Shown: piece by piece, positions 60,962 through 64,000 of the stretch
Layout: the number at the start of each line of letters is the position of its first letter
How positions within the stretch are numbered: position 1 is the stretch's first letter
Source: an uncultured bacterium
GTDB lineage: Bacteria > Acidobacteriota > Aminicenantia > Aminicenantales > Saccharicenantaceae
Direction: 5' to 3'
DNA: 64,000 bases
Assembly: GCA_937920515.1 (NCBI GenBank)
Contig: CALEUG010000003.1
Location: 2,108 to 66,107, forward strand
Translations under genes and position numbers: made by a program
The notes under the pieces: generated by a model
Databases searched by the model: none
What the model was told of the DNA's origin: nothing
Seen by the model: the letters and a program-made list of their open reading frames with translations, nothing else

Positions 60962-62222
60962 CCTGGTGGTAGCCGACCTCAACCAGCTACTGACCTGCGG
61001 CGGACCGGCTCCCAAAACGGGCCAGGCCATGCGGGAAGTCGGCCTGCTGGAAAAAGCCTGGATTGCTGGCTGCCAGGGCAAAATCGTTTTTATCGGCCCG
61101 GAAAGAGAATTCCGGAAAAAGGTCAAACCGTCCGACACAGCCCGGGTGATAGACGGCCGGGACCTGGTCGGGCTGCCCGGACTGGTCGACTGCCATACTC
61201 ACCTGCCTTTTGCCGGCAACCGGGAGAAAGAATTTTCCCTGCGCCTGCAGGGATATACCTACCAGCAGCTGGCGGCCATGGGCCTGGGTATCCAGACCAC
61301 GGTCCGGGCCACCAGGGAAGCCAGCCGGGAAGAACTCAAAGACCTCTGCCGGAAACGCCTAAAGACCATGCTGCTCAACGGTACGACCACAGTCGAAGCC
61401 AAGAGCGGTTACGGCCTTAATCTCGAAGACGAAATCAAGCAGCTGGAAGTGGTGCGGGAAGTGGCGGACGAACAACCGGTCAGCCTGGTGGCGACTTTCA
61501 TGGGCGCCCACGAAATTCCCCCGGAATACCGGGCCGAACGAAGAGCCTACCTTGAATTGTTAAAAAACAAAGTCATGCCTGAAGTCAAAGCGCGCCGGCT
61601 GGCTGAATTTTTCGATATTTTTTGCGAGCCGACGGTCTTCAACCTGGAAGAGACCAGGGAGCTGGCCGAAGCCGCCCTGAAGCTCGGCTTCAAGCTAAAG
61701 GTACACGCCGATGAATTTGTCCCCATCGGCGGTACCGAGCTGGCCGTCGAGCTGGGAGCCCGCTCGGTCGAACACCTGATAAACATAACTCCCGCCGGGA
61801 TGGAAAAGCTGAGCCGCAGCCGGACCGCGGCCGTGCTTCTGCCCGGGGTATCTTACTTCTTGATGATGGACAAAAAGGCGCCGGCCCGGGAACTGCTCGA
61901 CCGGGGAGCCATCGTGGCCCTGGCCACCGATTTTAACCCGGGAAGTTCTCACCTGCTGTCCATGCTTTTTGTGCTGCAGCTCGGCGTTTTCACCCTGCGG
62001 CTGACGGTGGAAGAAGCCATCAACGCCTGCACCATCAATGCCGCCTACGCCATAGACCGCCAGAACCGCGGCGGCTCGCTGGAGCCCGGAAAAGATTTTG
62101 ACCTTATTCTCTGCGACCTTCCTTCTTACCTTTCCCTGGCCTACGAGCTCGGCCGCAACCCGGTTAAAATGGTCATAAAAGCCGGACGGGTGGTGGTCGA
62201 AGATGGCCGCCCGGTCAGCTGA
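60948..62222 (+). CDS. hutI: imidazolonepropionase-like amidohydrolase (HutI family)
   Basis: [11 protein letters not shown] metal-binding start. KVHADE...[11 protein letters not shown]. Confidence 0.65.
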   Translation: MTCADLVVADLNQLLTCGGPAPKTGQAMREVGLLEKAWIAGCQGKIVFIGPEREFRKKVKPSDTARVIDGRDLVGLPGLVDCHTHLPFAGNREKEFSLRLQGYTYQQLAAMGLGIQTTVRATREASREELKDLCRKRLKTMLLNGTTTVEAKSGYGLNLEDEIKQLEVVREVADEQPVSLVATFMGAHEIPPEYRAERRAYLELLKNKVMPEVKARRLAEFFDIFCEPTVFNLEETRELAEAALKLGFKLKVHADEFVPIGGTELAVELGARSVEHLINITPAGMEKLSRSRTAAVLLPGVSYFLMMDKKAPARELLDRGAIVALATDFNPGSSHLLSMLFVLQLGVFTLRLTVEEAINACTINAAYAIDRQNRGGSLEPGKDFDLILCDLPSYLSLAYELGRNPVKMVIKAGRVVVEDGRPVS

Positions 62223-62311
62223 ACTCTTACCCGTTCTTTCCCTTCCCCTCAGCACGCCTCCATTTAATTTATTGATTTTCTCCTTAAATCTATTCCTCTG
62301 TATTAAGGCCG

Positions 62312-62338
62312 CCGCTGATATATGAATATTCATTCATA
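62312..62338 (+). repeat. palindromic element CTGATATATGAA-N6-TTCATATAT (copy B), in the convergent intergenic region between hutI and the radical-SAM gene
   Basis: Same 9-6-9 inverted repeat as at 36752-36783. Also contains the 12-bp perfect palindrome ATGAATATTCAT. Confidence 0.45.
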
Positions 62339-62610
62339 TATTTCTATTACCCTGCATTTACCCTGCATTCACCCAATTATGTTTTCCAGGAACCGCTGGC
62401 CGGACAGGCCGAGAGGTTCGAGTCCCCCGGGCCACGCCTTCCATCAGAGTCAGTCCTGTCAGTCAAGGATGCTGATGATTTCTTTTCCCGGATGTTGTAA
62501 ATTCAGAAAAGCAAGGAGAGGTCGCCAACCCGGATCAGTTTCAAGTCCGGCCGGGCCGGCGGAGACCCCTCACCAGAAAATCAGGAAACTGAAATTCTGA
62601 AAGCTCAAAT

Positions 62611-63948
62611 TTATTTTCCCAGGTTTTGTTTCCTGATGTAGAGGAATAGCTCAACCAGATCCCGGCGCTTGAGCTCTTCCGTCTCGACGGCAAAGGCCGA
62701 GGACCGGTACATATCCCAATCGCCGAAAATCTCAGCCGGAAGCTCCAGGCTGCGCTGAAGCTCGCTTCCGGGCGTCAGATAAAAAACCGAGGGCCCCACC
62801 AGCACCCCGGCTGCCAGCAGTTTTTCCGCAGCGGCCACTATTTCTTCCCGGGTCTGTCCGGGCAGCCCCAGGATCAGATAAACGGTAACGAAAAATCCCA
62901 ACCGCCGGGCCTCCTGCAGCAGGTTGAAAAATTCGGCCTCATCCTTTTTCTGAGGCCGGTGATGCTTTTGCCTGACATCCGGGTTCCCGGACACCCAGGA
63001 CAGGTCAAGTTTTCTGACCCCGGCCCTCTTCATCAGTTCCAGCAGGAACCCATCAAGGTTTTCATAGCCAAGGCCGTTCATGAAGGTCAGCTCGCTACCC
63101 TCGAGCTCCGGGTCGGCAGCCACAGCCTCGAGGAACTCAACCAGCCAATCCCGGTCAAAGGCCAGGTTGTCGTCTTCAAAATTGAACAGCCGGATGCCGC
63201 GGTAGCGATGATTCCAGCGCATTTCTTCCAGGACTGAAGAGACCGGGCGGTAATCCGTCCGGCGCCCGAAAACCAGATGGACGTTGCAGAACGAACAATT
63301 CTGCGGGCAGCCGCGGCTGGCCTGGAGTGATATGTAGTTTTTCTTCCCGATACGGTAAGCCGCCGGGTCCAGCAGCTCGTGGGCCGGCCGCAATTTTTTC
63401 CAGTCCAGGGCCCGGCTCTCTGTCCCTTCAGCTTCAACAGGCAGCAACCTTTCATTTTTTACCAACTGTGGCAAACAGCTCTCGGCCGGCCCGGGCAGCA
63501 CATAATCAATTTCCGGCACCCTGATTTTTATTTCTTGGCGACAGCAGGTGGCCTGGTTGCCACCCACCATGACCGGTATTCCAGATTTCCGCTTCAGGGC
63601 CCGAACCAGCTCGACCACCGTGCTGAAATAGGCGGCAAAGGAGCTGTTGATTGCTATTAAATCAGGACCAAGCTCTCCCACCCTAACTACAATCTGATCC
63701 GTCTCCAATCCGAAACGCTGGAAACGCTTGAAAAAATACGGTTGTCCAAGATACGGTTTCAGGTAAAAGAACTTCTCGGGCAGAGGCAGTTGTTTCTTTC
63801 TCAACGGGCTTAAACAGTCCAGGATTTCCACCTGAAACCCTAAGGTTTTCAGCACCGCAGCCACAGACAGAAGACCCAGAGGATAAAGGCGGATGGGCGT
63901 GGTGTAAAAATCCTCAAGCGGTGGCTGGATCAGAACGATTCGCCTCAT
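62611..63948 (-). CDS. B12-binding-domain radical SAM protein
   Basis: N-terminal cobalamin-binding-like domain. CxxxCxxC cluster ASRGCPQNCSFCNV. Confidence 0.8.
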   Translation of the reverse strand: MRRIVLIQPPLEDFYTTPIRLYPLGLLSVAAVLKTLGFQVEILDCLSPLRKKQLPLPEKFFYLKPYLGQPYFFKRFQRFGLETDQIVVRVGELGPDLIAINSSFAAYFSTVVELVRALKRKSGIPVMVGGNQATCCRQEIKIRVPEIDYVLPGPAESCLPQLVKNERLLPVEAEGTESRALDWKKLRPAHELLDPAAYRIGKKNYISLQASRGCPQNCSFCNVHLVFGRRTDYRPVSSVLEEMRWNHRYRGIRLFNFEDDNLAFDRDWLVEFLEAVAADPELEGSELTFMNGLGYENLDGFLLELMKRAGVRKLDLSWVSGNPDVRQKHHRPQKKDEAEFFNLLQEARRLGFFVTVYLILGLPGQTREEIVAAAEKLLAAGVLVGPSVFYLTPGSELQRSLELPAEIFGDWDMYRSSAFAVETEELKRRDLVELFLYIRKQNLGK

Positions 63949-64000
63949 CGCTCAGAAAGCCGGACCGGCTAACCCGCTACCAGTTTTCGCGGCCAGGCTG

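Noticed and set aside
59717-61138. 473-aa ORF antisense to ftsZ/hutI
   Set aside because: Overlaps two strongly supported genes and is an RG-rich artefact.
62322-62600. 92-aa ORF starting in palindrome copy B
   Set aside because: Starts at ATGAA of the palindrome, has no SD, and has Ser/Pro/Arg-rich composition. Likely spurious.

Overview
This 64 kb window is from a GC-rich (about 58%) bacterial chromosome and is mostly housekeeping, all called from sequence alone with no database search. It carries a complete dcw cell-wall/division cluster (mraZ-rsmH-ftsL-ftsI-murE-murF-mraY-murD-ftsW-murG-murC-ftsQ-ftsA-ftsZ), gyrB-gyrA, dnaG-rpoD, and two tRNAs: tRNA-Leu(TAA) and a CAT-anticodon tRNA. The accessory genes point to a secretory, degradative lifestyle. 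They include a C69 dipeptidase, a GH38 alpha-mannosidase, two paralogous M28/PA aminopeptidases, an M23 peptidase, a cyclophilin and an outer-membrane beta-barrel protein. Other calls are a photolyase, a hemerythrin/OsmC stress pair, an inositol-phospholipid module (myo-inositol-1-phosphate synthase next to a CDP-alcohol phosphatidyltransferase) and a GlmU homologue with a degenerate N-terminal motif. There is also an archaeal-type FBP aldolase/phosphatase, a short PSD-PssA operon, an orphan LarB and a DRG-like GTPase. No CRISPR arrays, transposases or integrases were seen. The best candidate for something undescribed is the two-gene locus at the left edge (nt 3-5383): a 5'-truncated protein of more than 458 aa with a Gly-rich C-terminal half, translationally coupled to a 1330-aa Pro-rich protein. 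I could match neither to any family, and a 300-bp AT-rich spacer follows them. Non-coding signals found: three phased TGGGA repeats overlapping the mraZ start, a GC palindrome in the hemerythrin promoter spacer, paired direct repeats between the inositol genes, and a palindromic element present twice 25 kb apart.
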